Of a stretch of DNA of 64,000 nucleotides, positions 52,040-61,680 are shown piece after piece. Every line of letters begins with the position of its first letter. Positions within the stretch are counted from its first letter, which is position 1. Made by a program: the position numbers and the translations under genes. The stretch is from an uncultured Chthonomonadaceae bacterium (GTDB taxonomy: Bacteria > Armatimonadota > Chthonomonadetes > Chthonomonadales > CAJBBX01). The stretch is from contig CAZFLM010000002.1 in the NCBI GenBank assembly GCA_964519955.1, positions 8,822 through 72,821 on the forward strand. The letters run 5' to 3'. The notes beneath the pieces are model-generated. The model was not told the DNA's origin and did no database searches. It saw nothing but the letters and a program-made list of their open reading frames with translations.

Positions 52040-53638
52040 ATGGCAGATATCCCCTCCTCCACCACGCGTCGCGTCGCGGGCGCCACCGGCATCATGATGC
52101 TCTCGATCCTGGGGAGCCGCCTGCTGGGGCTCGTGCGCCAGGCCGTGCTCTCGCACCATCTCGGGCAGCAGTTCGACGCCGACGTGTATGCCGGCGCCTT
52201 CCAGCTCCCGGATCTCCTCTTCTACATGATCGCCGGCGGAGCGCTCTCCTCGGCGTTCATCCCGGTCTTCAGCCAATGCATGGCCGAGGGGCGCGAGGAA
52301 GATGGCTGGCAGGTCTTCAGCGCAGTCGCGACGATCATGCTCGTCGTGGTAGGCGCATTCGTCATTGCCGGCGAGATCTTCGCGCACCAGATGACCCACC
52401 TTGTGAACCCCGCGTTCTGGCCGGCCAAGGTCGCCGCGACGGCGCCGCTGACGCGCATCGTCCTGCCTTCGCAGATCTGTTTCTTCATCGGCGGCCTGCT
52501 GATGGGAATCCAGCAAGCGCGCGGCAAGTTCCTCATCGCCTCGCTGGGCCCGGTCATCTACAACGTTGGCATCATCACCGGTGGACTGGTGCTGTATCGA
52601 TGGCTGGGGTTGCCCGGCTTCTGCTGGGGCGCGCTCGGCGGGGCGTTGGCCGGCAACCTCCTGCTGCAGATCTGGGGCGCCAAGAAAGTGGGCATGCGGT
52701 ACCGCGTCTCGTTCGCCGGCCGAACCCCGGACGCGGTCAAGGTCTGGAAGCTGATGCTGCCGGTGGTGCTGGGCGTGTCGCTGCCGCAGGTGTCGATCTG
52801 GGTGAACCGCGCATTCGCGGGCGGCCTGGGCGATGGGCCGATGGCAGCGCTCAACTATGCCAACCAGATCATGCAGGTGCCGCTGGGCATCTTCGCCCAG
52901 GCCATGGCGGTAGCCGTCTTCCCGACCTTGTCTGCGCTCGCAGCCACCGGCAAGCTCCAGGAGATGCGCGACACATCCAGCGCGAGCCTCCGCACGCTGC
53001 TCTTCCTGACGATTCCCTCGTCCGTCTTCCTCATCGTCATGTCGAAGCCGATCATCCGGCTCCTGCTGCAGCAGGGCAGGTACACGGAGGCCGACACCCA
53101 GCTCGCTGCCGCGGCTCTCACCTTCTACTGCATCGGCATCTTCGCATGGTCGGCCCAGAGCATCCTGTCACGCAGCTTCTACGCGCTGCAAGACACGATC
53201 ACACCCGTCGTCATCGGCACGGGTGTCACCCTGGTGTTCCTTCCGCTCAACTGGCTCTTCATGACCGGCCTGGGCCTTGGCATCCGAGGGCTCGCGCTGG
53301 CGACAACGGTGGCGGCGATCCTCCACTCCATCGTCATGCTGGCCGTCCTGCGCCGCCGCCTCAATGGGTTCGACGGAAGGCGCCTGGCGCTGTCGGTGGC
53401 TCGTGTTGTCGTGGCCTCGACCGCCGCAGGTCTGGCCTGCTGGGCTGCCACGGGCGCCATCGAGCACCTGCTGGGAGCGTCCGGCACCATGATGCACGTG
53501 AAGGCCGTGGCCGCTGCGGAACTGCTGGCAGGTGCGGCGGCCTGTGGCCTGGTGTACGTCGGGTGCTGCGTCCTGCTCAGGACCCAGGAACTGCGCGAGG
53601 CGGCCGGCCTGCTGCGGCGACGCCGGGCCGCCGCCTGA
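52040..53638 (+). CDS. murJ: Lipid II flippase MurJ/MviN
   Basis: GIMMLSILGSRLLGLVRQAVLSHHLG...FIPVF. 532 aa and polytopic. Confidence 0.92.
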   Translation: MADIPSSTTRRVAGATGIMMLSILGSRLLGLVRQAVLSHHLGQQFDADVYAGAFQLPDLLFYMIAGGALSSAFIPVFSQCMAEGREEDGWQVFSAVATIMLVVVGAFVIAGEIFAHQMTHLVNPAFWPAKVAATAPLTRIVLPSQICFFIGGLLMGIQQARGKFLIASLGPVIYNVGIITGGLVLYRWLGLPGFCWGALGGALAGNLLLQIWGAKKVGMRYRVSFAGRTPDAVKVWKLMLPVVLGVSLPQVSIWVNRAFAGGLGDGPMAALNYANQIMQVPLGIFAQAMAVAVFPTLSALAATGKLQEMRDTSSASLRTLLFLTIPSSVFLIVMSKPIIRLLLQQGRYTEADTQLAAAALTFYCIGIFAWSAQSILSRSFYALQDTITPVVIGTGVTLVFLPLNWLFMTGLGLGIRGLALATTVAAILHSIVMLAVLRRRLNGFDGRRLALSVARVVVASTAAGLACWAATGAIEHLLGASGTMMHVKAVAAAELLAGAAACGLVYVGCCVLLRTQELREAAGLLRRRRAAA

Positions 53639-53723
53639 GGGTTGCCGCCCCGGCTGAACAATCCCTGTCGCATGGCGTCTGTAGCTCCAGCGGGCAGCCC
53701 CCGAGCCCGGCTGGAGGCTTAAC

Positions 53724-54800
53724 ATGAGACTGCGACCCCCTGCTCTTGCCATCGCGGCGGGCGCTGCAGCGATCGTGGCCCTTAGCGTCGTGCTTGCCCA
53801 CAGCCAGGCCGCAGCCACCCTCGACAGGACCGCCGCTTACAAGCCTGACGCGGGACCATACCGCGTCAGGACGATCGAAACCACGGTGCTCCACGACACG
53901 AAGCGCGGCAAGGATCTGGCCGTGAAGGTGTACCACCCCGACGCGCCCGGCCCATTCCCGGTCATCGTGTTCTCGCACGGCTTCGGCGGGTCGAAGGAGG
54001 GCGCGCCGCAGCTTGGCGAGTACTGGGCCAGCCACGGCTACGTCACGCTGCACCCCACCCATGCCGACTCGGGCGCCATCGGAGAGATCCTACGAGCGCG
54101 CCTCTCCGGACAGCGGCTGCGAGACGGCGTCGAGAAGGGCATCAACGCGCCAGATGCTCTGGCGAACCGGGCCAGGGACGTCTCGCTGGTCATCGACTCG
54201 CTGCGGGAGATTGAGAAGCGGCACCCAGAGCTTGCGGGACGTTTGGACCGCGGACGCATCGGGGTTGGCGGTCACTCCTTCGGCGCCGGCACCGCCACCG
54301 TCATCGGTGGAGCTGCGCTCACGCCGCCCGGCGTCACCAAGCCGCTCAGCCTCGCAGACAAGCGCGTCGCGTGCGTGCTGGCGCTCTCGGGCCAGGGCAA
54401 GGGCCAGATGGGCTTCACCGCGGACTCCTGGAAGGGCATCCGCGTCCCGTTCATGTCGATGACCGGCAGCAAGGACATGGGCATGAACCAGGGCGGCCCG
54501 AACTGGAAGCGCGAGGCGTTCGACGGCGCTCCGTCGGGCGGCAAGTACCACGTCTACATCGAGGGCGCGACGCATGCCTCGTTCGTGGGCAACCGGTCCG
54601 ACGAGGTACGTCGCGGGCTCCTTGGCCGGCGCACGAACGCCAGCCGGGCCAGCAGCGGCGCCGTCTTCGGCTCCGTGAAGTGCGCGTCGCTCGCGTTCTG
54701 GGACGCCCACCTGAAGCGCGACGCCGCGGCGAGGAAGTGGCTGGCATCCGACGCCCTGACCACGTGCAGCCGCGGGATTGCCGGCCTGTCGCGCAAGTAG
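53724..54800 (+). CDS. Secreted alpha/beta hydrolase (PAF-acetylhydrolase/dienelactone-hydrolase-like)
   Basis: [11 protein letters not shown] is oxyanion-hole-like and GGHSFGAG is the nucleophile elbow. Signal peptide present. GGAGG lies upstream. Confidence 0.85.
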   Translation: MRLRPPALAIAAGAAAIVALSVVLAHSQAAATLDRTAAYKPDAGPYRVRTIETTVLHDTKRGKDLAVKVYHPDAPGPFPVIVFSHGFGGSKEGAPQLGEYWASHGYVTLHPTHADSGAIGEILRARLSGQRLRDGVEKGINAPDALANRARDVSLVIDSLREIEKRHPELAGRLDRGRIGVGGHSFGAGTATVIGGAALTPPGVTKPLSLADKRVACVLALSGQGKGQMGFTADSWKGIRVPFMSMTGSKDMGMNQGGPNWKREAFDGAPSGGKYHVYIEGATHASFVGNRSDEVRRGLLGRRTNASRASSGAVFGSVKCASLAFWDAHLKRDAAARKWLASDALTTCSRGIAGLSRK

Positions 54801-54888
54801 CCCGGCTCGCTGCACCCAGGTAGGAGCCCGCGCGGACGGCGCAGATGGACCGGCGCCGGTCCTGCCTGCTCGCTTAGCTCGAGGCCCC

Positions 54889-54917
54889 TTGACCAGCCAT
54901 GCAAGTAGTGATAGACT
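54889..54917 (+). promoter_or_regulatory. Putative promoter about 240 nt upstream of the pilin-like gene
   Basis: TTGACC (54889-54894), 17 nt, TAGACT (54912-54917), in a lower-GC stretch. Confidence 0.35.
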
Positions 54918-55155
54918 GAGGCTGGTAGTCCTAGGATCTGGTGAGGCCAGATACTGCCTGCGCTCTCTCGACGAAGGCGGTAGCTGTGCGCCATTTGGCA
55001 GGACGCCGTTCTCGGCAGAAAGGAGTGGTACCGGAGCCATCTTGCTTGATGTTAGGCAGCGCCGCTTAAGCCGATCGCAGTGTGTTCGCTGGCCTCTGCC
55101 CGAGCCGCGTTCCCGGTGCAGGTGGCCGCACGACCCAGGTGCATGGGAGATATCG

Positions 55156-55956
55156 ATGCGACCAAGAAACGGGTTCACGCTGATCGAACTGCTTGTGGTT
55201 ATTGCGATTATCGCCATACTCGCTGCCATCCTGTTCCCTGTGTTCGCACGGGCCAGGGAGTCCGCCCGCAAGACGAGCTGCCTGAGCAACACGAAGCAGG
55301 TGATGCTCGCGATGAAGCAGTACCTGGCCGACTACGACGGCAAGACCCCGCCGAACCGCCAGCCCATCTACCGCTCGGACGCGCGCACGGCGGTGTGGGG
55401 TGCTCGCTGGGGTTGCTACGACCCGGCCTGGTACGGCGGGGCGCCCGCGGTGTTCCATTGGTACGACATGCTCCGGCCGTATGCCAAGAGCACCGGCATC
55501 CTGCTCTGCCCTTCTCATGACGACCGCGGCTACGGCATCGGAACCGGTAGTCTGCGCGATGCCTACAACCCCTCCAACGACATATCCGGCGCCGCCAACA
55601 TCGCGGGCAACCCGATCCTGCACCCGGACAATGGCCTGAACGAGGCCCGGATCGAGCGGCCGGCCAGCATCATCGAGTCGTTCGAGACCAACTGGGACTG
55701 CCCCGACCTCGGCTGGTGGTCGACGCAGGGCATGGACCTGTGGGTCCACAATGGCACGATGAACGTGGGCTACGCCGACGGCCACGCCAAGGCCATCAAG
55801 ATCTGGAGCACGCTCCGGTTCAAGGACACGGGCAACCTGGCAGACGATCATTGGTGGTCGCCCTACGTCGACTGGGGCTGGAACGACGCTCAGTGGCTGC
55901 GTGACCGCGAGATTGAGTCGATCAACAACATCCGCAGCGGCAACCCGGAGAAATAG
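55156..55956 (+). CDS. Prepilin-type N-terminal cleavage/methylation domain protein (DUF1559-like, H-X9-DG type)
   Basis: [35 protein letters not shown] is a type IV pilin-like leader, and [11 protein letters not shown] lies near the C-terminus. Start trimmed to ATG 55156. Confidence 0.9.
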   Translation: MRPRNGFTLIELLVVIAIIAILAAILFPVFARARESARKTSCLSNTKQVMLAMKQYLADYDGKTPPNRQPIYRSDARTAVWGARWGCYDPAWYGGAPAVFHWYDMLRPYAKSTGILLCPSHDDRGYGIGTGSLRDAYNPSNDISGAANIAGNPILHPDNGLNEARIERPASIIESFETNWDCPDLGWWSTQGMDLWVHNGTMNVGYADGHAKAIKIWSTLRFKDTGNLADDHWWSPYVDWGWNDAQWLRDREIESINNIRSGNPEK

Positions 55957-55961
55957 CGCAC

Positions 55962-56012
55962 GGAATGTGGCTGCTGCGGCCGCCTCAGGTAGCGCGGCGG
56001 CCGCAGCATTCC
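55962..56012 (+). terminator. Hairpin after the pilin-like gene
   Basis: GGAATG..CTGCGGCCGCC pairs with GGCGGCCGCAGCATTCC. The left arm carries a 4-nt bulge. Confidence 0.6.
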
Positions 56013-56054
56013 ACACTCGCCGCGTCCTTCTTGCCCAGGATAAGCGCCGCAGGC

Positions 56055-56083
56055 TTGACACGACCCCCGAGTTTGCCGTATAA
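56055..56083 (+). promoter_or_regulatory. Putative tRNA-Pro promoter
   Basis: TTGACA (56055-56060), 17 nt, GTATAA/TATAAA (56078-56084), about 13 nt before the tRNA 5' end. Confidence 0.6.
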
Positions 56084-56096
56084 ATAACGCTGCGAA

Positions 56097-56173
56097 CGGG
56101 GTGTGGCTCAGCTTGGTAGAGCGCGCGGTTCGGGACTGCGAGGTCGGAGGTTCAAATCCTCTCACCCCGACCA
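56097..56173 (+). tRNA. tRNA-Pro: tRNA-Pro (anticodon CGG), CCA encoded
   Basis: Hand-folded cloverleaf. Acceptor CGGGGTG/CACCCCG. D arm GCTC-AGCTTGGTA-GAGC. Anticodon arm CGCGG-TTCGGGA-CTGCG. T arm GGAGG-TTCAAAT-CCTCT. Discriminator A followed by CCA. Confidence 0.93.
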
Positions 56174-56178
56174 AGACA

Positions 56179-56216
56179 AAGGGCGATCGGCATCAGCCGA
56201 TCGCCTTTCTGTTGTT
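56179..56216 (+). terminator. Canonical intrinsic terminator (hairpin plus T-tract) after tRNA-Pro
   Basis: GGCGATCGGC-atca-GCCGATCGCC followed by TTTCTGTTGTT. Confidence 0.8.
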
Positions 56217-56372
56217 GGTTGTCCAACTTCCAGCCCGCATCCTCGTGCAATTGCGGAAGGGTTGTTGACACGCCCTGGCGAATCTGTTACAGTTATGCGC
56301 TGTTTCCGGCACTGCCCGTCGCATCTCGGCGGGCAGCGCGCCTTATACGAAAGTCATCAGGGAGGCGCTTGA

Positions 56373-57974
56373 ATGAAGAGGTCGGCTTGCGCAATCGGCC
56401 TGGCAGCCTTGTGGTGCCTGTCGGGAGCACTCGCACCCAGCACCGCGACCGCTCAGGCCCGGGCGGCAAGCGGGCTGCAACTATCGGTGGTGACCCCGGA
56501 CATGAGCCGCGGCGCCGACACCATCGCCTTGGACGTCTCATACCGGGGCGGCGCGGTCGACACGGTTGAGCTCTATCTGGATAAGGCCCTGGTGGCCAAG
56601 AGGCAGATCGGCTCCTCGCAGACGCGAGGCATGATCTCGTTCCAGCTTGAGACCACCTACCTCACCGAAGGCCCGCACGACGCGCTCGTCAAGGCGTATG
56701 GCGCGGACGGCAAGGTCGCCGTCATTCCCGTGAAGTTGGCGATCGCTGCGGCGGATCTGTCCGCCCCAGTCCGCATCGCCTACCCCACGAACGGCATCCA
56801 GGTCGCCGGCTCCGTTCCGATCAGGGTCCACCTGGACTCCGACCTGCAGCGCCAGAAGCCCTACGTCACGTTCTTCGTGGACCGCGAACTCCAGGTCCTC
56901 AAGAACTACCCGCCGTATGAGTACATGTGGGATACGACGCGGGTGAACAACGGCTGGCACCTGGTCGAGGCCTGGTCCCAGGCTGACGGCGGATCGCCCT
57001 TCAAGGCGCGCCCCGTCAACGTCAACGTGAACAACCCCACCGGCGAGACCAAGAAGCTCGACACCATCGAGCAGTTGGCCGGCCCCACGAAGCAGCCCGT
57101 GCTTGAGCTGACCCCGGTTGCTCCGAAGGCCAACACCCTCGCCGCTCCGCAGGGCAGCCAGGCGCACTCCGCACCGACGACCGATGCGGCCAGCACCCCG
57201 CGCATCGCTCTGCCGACGCGCCCCAGCACCGCCGACCGCTCGGTAGCCGCAGAGCCGCGCATTGGTGGGCTCGCGTCCAGCACCGTACCGCCCACCTCTT
57301 TCACCAGCGCGACCGCGCCGGGCGCCAAGCTGGTTGCCCCGGCCCCCCGCATGGTTGGGAGTGTGGTCCTCCAGCCCAAGACCGGCCTCACGCCGGTCGC
57401 GCCGACCGCCGGCCTGCCCACGCTCGAGAGCGCGGCGGCCATGCGTCCGGTCGTGGCGCCCGCGGGCCAGCACAACGGCGGCACCATCGCCGCTCGGCCC
57501 GGTGAGACGCTGCGTAGCCTGAGCCGTCGCACCGGCGCCAGCGTTCACGAGATGGCTCGCCTCAACAGCGTGCGCCCCGGCGCCCGCCTCACCGGCGGCG
57601 AGTCCGTCATCGTGCCGAACTCGTTCGATGTTGCGTTCGACGGCACCCGGATCGCCTTCGATGTGCAGCCGCGCGTCGAGAACGGCGTGAAGCTGGCTCC
57701 GTTCCGCCAGATCTTCGAGCACACCGGCGGCCGGCTGTACTGGTTCGGCGGCTCCGCTCAGACGGTGCGTGCGGTCAACAACACGCGCGAGATCGAGATC
57801 AAGATCGGCAGCGCCAGCGCCACGGTGAACAACCAGGCGATCACGATGGAGCGCAACGCCTACATCGAGAGCGGCCGCACCATCGTGCCGCTGACCTTCG
57901 TGCGCGACGCGCTGAACGTGAAGGTCCACTTCGATCCGCAGTCGGGCCGCCTGCTCATCGAGAGCGCCAAGTAG
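56373..57974 (+). CDS. Secreted protein with Ig-like domains, a LysM domain and a C-terminal copper-amine-oxidase-N-like 'stalk' domain
   Basis: Signal peptide. The LysM-like region is IAARPGETLRSLSRRTGASVHEMARLNSV. The C-terminus FDGTRIAFDVQPRVENGVKLAPFRQIFE...TIVPLTFVRDAL is stalk-like. AGGGAGG lies upstream. Confidence 0.85.
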   Translation: MKRSACAIGLAALWCLSGALAPSTATAQARAASGLQLSVVTPDMSRGADTIALDVSYRGGAVDTVELYLDKALVAKRQIGSSQTRGMISFQLETTYLTEGPHDALVKAYGADGKVAVIPVKLAIAAADLSAPVRIAYPTNGIQVAGSVPIRVHLDSDLQRQKPYVTFFVDRELQVLKNYPPYEYMWDTTRVNNGWHLVEAWSQADGGSPFKARPVNVNVNNPTGETKKLDTIEQLAGPTKQPVLELTPVAPKANTLAAPQGSQAHSAPTTDAASTPRIALPTRPSTADRSVAAEPRIGGLASSTVPPTSFTSATAPGAKLVAPAPRMVGSVVLQPKTGLTPVAPTAGLPTLESAAAMRPVVAPAGQHNGGTIAARPGETLRSLSRRTGASVHEMARLNSVRPGARLTGGESVIVPNSFDVAFDGTRIAFDVQPRVENGVKLAPFRQIFEHTGGRLYWFGGSAQTVRAVNNTREIEIKIGSASATVNNQAITMERNAYIESGRTIVPLTFVRDALNVKVHFDPQSGRLLIESAK

Positions 57975-58000
57975 CTCTCCGGGCGAACCGAGGAAGCACC

Positions 58001-58029
58001 GAACGGGCGGCCCCAAGGGCCGCCCGTTC
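58001..58029. terminator. Perfect 13-bp hairpin between convergent genes
   Basis: GAACGGGCGGCCC-caa-GGGCCGCCCGTTC followed by TTCG. Confidence 0.7.
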
Positions 58030-58105
58030 TTCGTGGGCCGCAACAACAAGGCCGGCCACCGGAACCCCGGAGGTCGGCCTCTCGCTTCCGCGCTTGGCGC
58101 TGAGC

Positions 58106-58450
58106 TTACTTCGATGCGGCGGCGGGCGTCTTCGTCTCGGCGGGCTTCGCCTCGCTGGTCTTGGCGGCAGGCGTCTCCGTCTTGGCGGGCGCTGCGTCGG
58201 TGCTGGCGGCAGGCTTCTCCGCCTTGTCCGGCGAAGACCCATTCGTCGAGGTCGACGACTTGCCATTGCCGTTGCGCGCGTAGTCGTTCACGTAGAAGCC
58301 CGGCCCTTTGAACATGATGCCCACGGGATACACGAGTTTCCGCAACTCGCCGCCGCAGTCCTCATGGATCGTCAGGGCATCTTCCGTGATCCGCTGGAAC
58401 ACCTCGAATTGCTCGTTGCACCGCGTGCACTGGTAGCCGTACGTTGGCAT
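58106..58450 (-). CDS. FmdB-family zinc-ribbon protein with low-complexity Ala/Lys/Pro/Thr tail
   Basis: MPTYGYQCTRCNEQFEVFQRITEDALTIHEDCGGELRKL has the CxxC...C pattern of FmdB/CxxC_CxxC_SSSS. Start trimmed to ATG 58450. Confidence 0.88.
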   Translation of the reverse strand: MPTYGYQCTRCNEQFEVFQRITEDALTIHEDCGGELRKLVYPVGIMFKGPGFYVNDYARNGNGKSSTSTNGSSPDKAEKPAASTDAAPAKTETPAAKTSEAKPAETKTPAAASK

Positions 58451-58506
58451 AATCCGACCTAACCTCCGACAACTAAGCTTGACCGTTCGTCTTAATACGA
58501 TACCCG

Positions 58507-58926
58507 ATGGAGGCGAACGACTCAAGCACTCTCACAAGGCGAGTGCTAATGGAGAACGCGATCCTGGTACTGTCCGTCCTCTGCCTGCTCCTCTTTGCCC
58601 TGCTCGTCCGCGCCCAGCGCCAGGCGGACCGCGCCAGGAACGACCTCGACGCCGAGCGCTCGCGCCAGCGGAGCATCTCCACGGTCTACGGGCGCATCAC
58701 GGAGCAGTGGTTCCCGCTCATGGACAGGTATCCATACGACTCGCAGGGATTCCGGTTCCTGGGCACCCCGGTCGACGGCGTGCAGTTCGAGGAGGACCGG
58801 ATCGTCTTCTGCGAGTTCAAGACCAACCAGTCCAGCCTGTCGCCCGTCCAGCAGCGCATCAAGCGGCTCGTCCAGGGCGGCAAGGTCTACTGGGAGGAGT
58901 TCAACTTCGTGCCGGACCGCGACTGA
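58507..58926 (+). CDS. Membrane-anchored Holliday-junction-resolvase-like endonuclease (COG4741-type)
   Basis: N-terminal TM (ILVLSVLCLLLFALLV), a charged coil, then YGRITEQWFPLMDRYPYDSQGFRFLGTPVDGVQFEEDRIVFCEFKTNQSSLSPVQQRIKRLV, which resembles the family core. The start could be ATG 58549. Confidence 0.8.
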   Translation: MEANDSSTLTRRVLMENAILVLSVLCLLLFALLVRAQRQADRARNDLDAERSRQRSISTVYGRITEQWFPLMDRYPYDSQGFRFLGTPVDGVQFEEDRIVFCEFKTNQSSLSPVQQRIKRLVQGGKVYWEEFNFVPDRD

Positions 58927-58941
58927 ACCGGGAGACACGTC

Positions 58942-60093
58942 ATGCCCCACATGATCGGCCTGATGTCGGGAACCTCCGTCGATGGCGTCGACGCCGCCCT
59001 CGTACACATCGAGGGGAGCGGCCGGTCCATCCGAGTGCGCGTCCTGGCGCACACGTGCGTGCCCTACTCCGATGCCGAGCGTTGCGCGATCCTGCGGCTG
59101 TGCGACGCCAGCACTTCGGCCGTGCCGGACCTGTGCGTGGCCGGCGAGATGCTGGCCCACCGGTTCGCGGATGCCTCCGAGGCCGTCGCCAGGCTGGCCG
59201 GCGTGCCCCTGGGCGAGGTCTTGGCCATCGCCTCGCACGGCCAGACCGTCTGGCACCAGCCGGCGCTCCGCGAGTTCGGCGGAGCGGTCTACCGAGGCAC
59301 GCTGCAGATCGGCTCGGCGGCCGAGCTGGCAGCCCGCACCGGATGCGCCGTGGTCTCCGACTTCCGCTCCGCCGACATGGCGGCCGGCGGCCAGGGCGCC
59401 CCGCTCGTGCCGTATGCGGACTGGGCGCTCCTGACCAGCGTCAGCGAAGCCCGCGCGGTCCAGAACATCGGAGGCATCGCGAATGTTACCTACCTGCCGC
59501 GCGACGCGTCCGTCGATCGGGTCGTCGCGTTCGACACCGGGCCCGGCAACATGGTGATCGATGCGCTCGTGAGGCTGCAGAGCGGCGGGGCCCGGTCCTG
59601 CGACGAGGGAGGACAGACCGCGGCCAGGGGCAAGGTCGACGACGCCCTGCTGAACGAGCTGCTAGAGCATCCCTTCTTCCGGCAAGCGCCGCCTCGCACT
59701 ACCGGCAGGGAGGAGTTCGGCGCGGCCTATGCGGCAGACCTGTGGAGTGACGCTGCCCGGCGCGGCATCGCGTACGCGGACCTGGTTGCCACGGCGACAG
59801 CTCTCACGGCCGAGAGCATCGCCCGCGCCTACCGAGAGCATCTGGGTCAGGTGGACACGGTGGTCGTTGGCGGCGGAGGCGCACATAACCGAACGCTGAT
59901 GGCGATGCTCGCGGAGCGGCTTGCGCCCGCGCGCCTGACAACTCATGAGGAGTACGGCATACCCGGCGATGCCAAGGAGGCGATCGCCTTTGCCATCCTT
60001 GGCTATGAGGCGATGATGGAGCGTCCATCCAATGTGCCGTCGGCCACCGGCGCACGACGGCCGGTCATCCTCGGCAGCGTCACCCGCGTATAG
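58942..60093 (+). CDS. anmK: Anhydro-N-acetylmuramic acid kinase
   Basis: IGLMSGTSVDGVDAALV is the canonical AnmK N-terminus. The 383-aa length fits. Confidence 0.95.
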   Translation: MPHMIGLMSGTSVDGVDAALVHIEGSGRSIRVRVLAHTCVPYSDAERCAILRLCDASTSAVPDLCVAGEMLAHRFADASEAVARLAGVPLGEVLAIASHGQTVWHQPALREFGGAVYRGTLQIGSAAELAARTGCAVVSDFRSADMAAGGQGAPLVPYADWALLTSVSEARAVQNIGGIANVTYLPRDASVDRVVAFDTGPGNMVIDALVRLQSGGARSCDEGGQTAARGKVDDALLNELLEHPFFRQAPPRTTGREEFGAAYAADLWSDAARRGIAYADLVATATALTAESIARAYREHLGQVDTVVVGGGGAHNRTLMAMLAERLAPARLTTHEEYGIPGDAKEAIAFAILGYEAMMERPSNVPSATGARRPVILGSVTRV

Positions 60094-60119
60094 CCTGACC
60101 CGCGGGCTGCCCGGCGGCG

Positions 60120-60341
60120 CTACGCCGCATCGGCAAGCTCGCCGTCCGCAACGCGCTGGATCGACACGACGTGATCCAGGTTGAGGTCGCAGTCGTCGAG
60201 GATCACCAACGCGCCGTAGAGTGGCACGAACGTGACGTCGTGGACGCTGGACACGGCGCTCTGCTCGACGCCGCTTCTGTCGCGCCACACCAGCGCGCAG
60301 GTCGACCCGACCAGCCTCTTTGCTTCAGATACGCTCACCAT
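60120..60341 (-). CDS. Small hypothetical protein (73 aa, beta-rich)
   Basis: MVSVSEAKRLVGSTCALVWRDRSGVEQSAVSSVHDVTFVPLYGALVILDD.... High GC3 in frame. AGGGGG lies upstream of ATG 60341. Confidence 0.55.
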   Translation of the reverse strand: MVSVSEAKRLVGSTCALVWRDRSGVEQSAVSSVHDVTFVPLYGALVILDDCDLNLDHVVSIQRVADGELADAA

Positions 60342-60493
60342 CGAACAACCCCCTACGCGTGCCGATTCCGCGCCTCCCATCGCTTCACGACCGCTGAACG
60401 AGCGATCCGGCCAACGCACGCAGATATACCGGTTGTTCCCGATATGGCCCTGGTATCGAACAAGAACCTGTGGGCTTGCGGGGGCAAACGTGC

Positions 60494-60534
60494 GCGAGGG
60501 CCCTGTTGACGGTGATGCCCGCCAGGGCCCTCGC
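60494..60534 (-). terminator. Perfect 12-bp hairpin after the porin-like gene
   Basis: GCGAGGGCCCTG-17 nt-CAGGGCCCTCGC. Confidence 0.65.
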
Positions 60535-60559
60535 CGCACAGACTAGCCGGTGCCTCGCG

Positions 60560-61489
60560 CTAGATCTCCCACGTCACGTGGACCTGGCTCCACCACTTGC
60601 CACCCGCCGAGGTGGCGGCCCATGCGTTGTCTACCGACACGTTCTTGTTCAGATGCACGTTCAGCCCGTAGACCGAAGCGCGGAAGCGGCCGAACGCGGT
60701 CGAGCGGTCGTTCCACGAGTAGACGGCAACGTACGGCTCGACCAGCTTCAGGCGGTCATAGGCCACCTTGCCGTAGTAGAAGTCGAAGTCGCCCCAGTCG
60801 CTGTGGGCGTGCAGGCGCTCGCCGGCCAGCTTGAACCCGTTCCACTTCAGTCCCAGGTCGCCCGCGATGGAGCGCTTGTGGGATGTGCCATACAGCAGCC
60901 CCTTGCCGACACCCATCGAGAGCCCGAGCGTCGCGCGATCGCCCCAGAGGCTCTTGCCGACGCGCAGGTACCCGTTGGCATTGTGCGTGTAGAACTCGTG
61001 GTTGAGGCTCGCCGCCACAGTCCAGCCTCGCTCGCCCCACTCCAGCATCGCGCCCGGCTTTGTCTCGTACTCCCACTCCTGGACGGCGAAGGGCACGTAG
61101 AACTTGCCGAACGTGGCGGTCATCTTGCCCACGGGCACGCGCCACCACCCCTCCACCGGCTGGTCGAGCCCGTAGCTGCCGCCCAGGTACATCTCACCCA
61201 TGCCCAGGGACAGCTTGCCCGCCTCCGCGCCGGGCCCATCCCAGCGGACGTAGCCGACCGACGGGAACGCGAGGCCCGATCCAGCCCACATCCCGTCGGT
61301 GAACTGCTTCAGAGTGTCCACGTTCGACCACCCGACGTAGTAGTCGAAGCCGACCTTGTACGAGGCGCTCGGATTGCCGCCGGCATCGCCCGGCTGGGCG
61401 TTCTGGGCAAGCGACGGACAGGCAAGACTGGCGAGAGCAGCGAGGGCCGCGATCCGGCCGAGCGTTGTGAGTCGGTCTGGTCTGCGCAT
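60560..61489 (-). CDS. Outer-membrane beta-barrel (porin-like) protein
   Basis: Signal peptide (AALAALASLACPSLAQ), alternating aromatic/Gly-rich beta-strand pattern and a C-terminal ...VHVTWEI. AGGAGG lies upstream. Confidence 0.75.
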   Translation of the reverse strand: MRRPDRLTTLGRIAALAALASLACPSLAQNAQPGDAGGNPSASYKVGFDYYVGWSNVDTLKQFTDGMWAGSGLAFPSVGYVRWDGPGAEAGKLSLGMGEMYLGGSYGLDQPVEGWWRVPVGKMTATFGKFYVPFAVQEWEYETKPGAMLEWGERGWTVAASLNHEFYTHNANGYLRVGKSLWGDRATLGLSMGVGKGLLYGTSHKRSIAGDLGLKWNGFKLAGERLHAHSDWGDFDFYYGKVAYDRLKLVEPYVAVYSWNDRSTAFGRFRASVYGLNVHLNKNVSVDNAWAATSAGGKWWSQVHVTWEI

Positions 61490-61680
61490 AGGTGCCTCCT
61501 GGCGTGAGTGAGGATGAGTTCAACGGTGCCGTATCGAATATCGGACGATCGGCCCGATCCCCGCAGAAGCGCCTGCCCGCATTCGAGGCGGCGCAGTGCC
61601 GCGGCAGGGAATGCCCGCGCCGCCGCGGAACACATCGGCGGCGTCCCCTGCGCCTCTAGGGAACCGAACCGGAGGGTGGA

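Noticed and set aside
54918-55155. Known housekeeping ncRNA (SRP RNA, 6S RNA, RNase P, c-di-GMP riboswitch) in the long gap before the pilin-like gene
   Set aside because: I could not find the conserved SRP domain IV motif, RNase P core sequences or GEMM motifs. Only generic short hairpins are present.
56097-56173. tRNA-Pro as an integration site for a genomic island
   Set aside because: There is no integrase, no direct repeat of the tRNA 3' end and no compositional break on either side that I could see.
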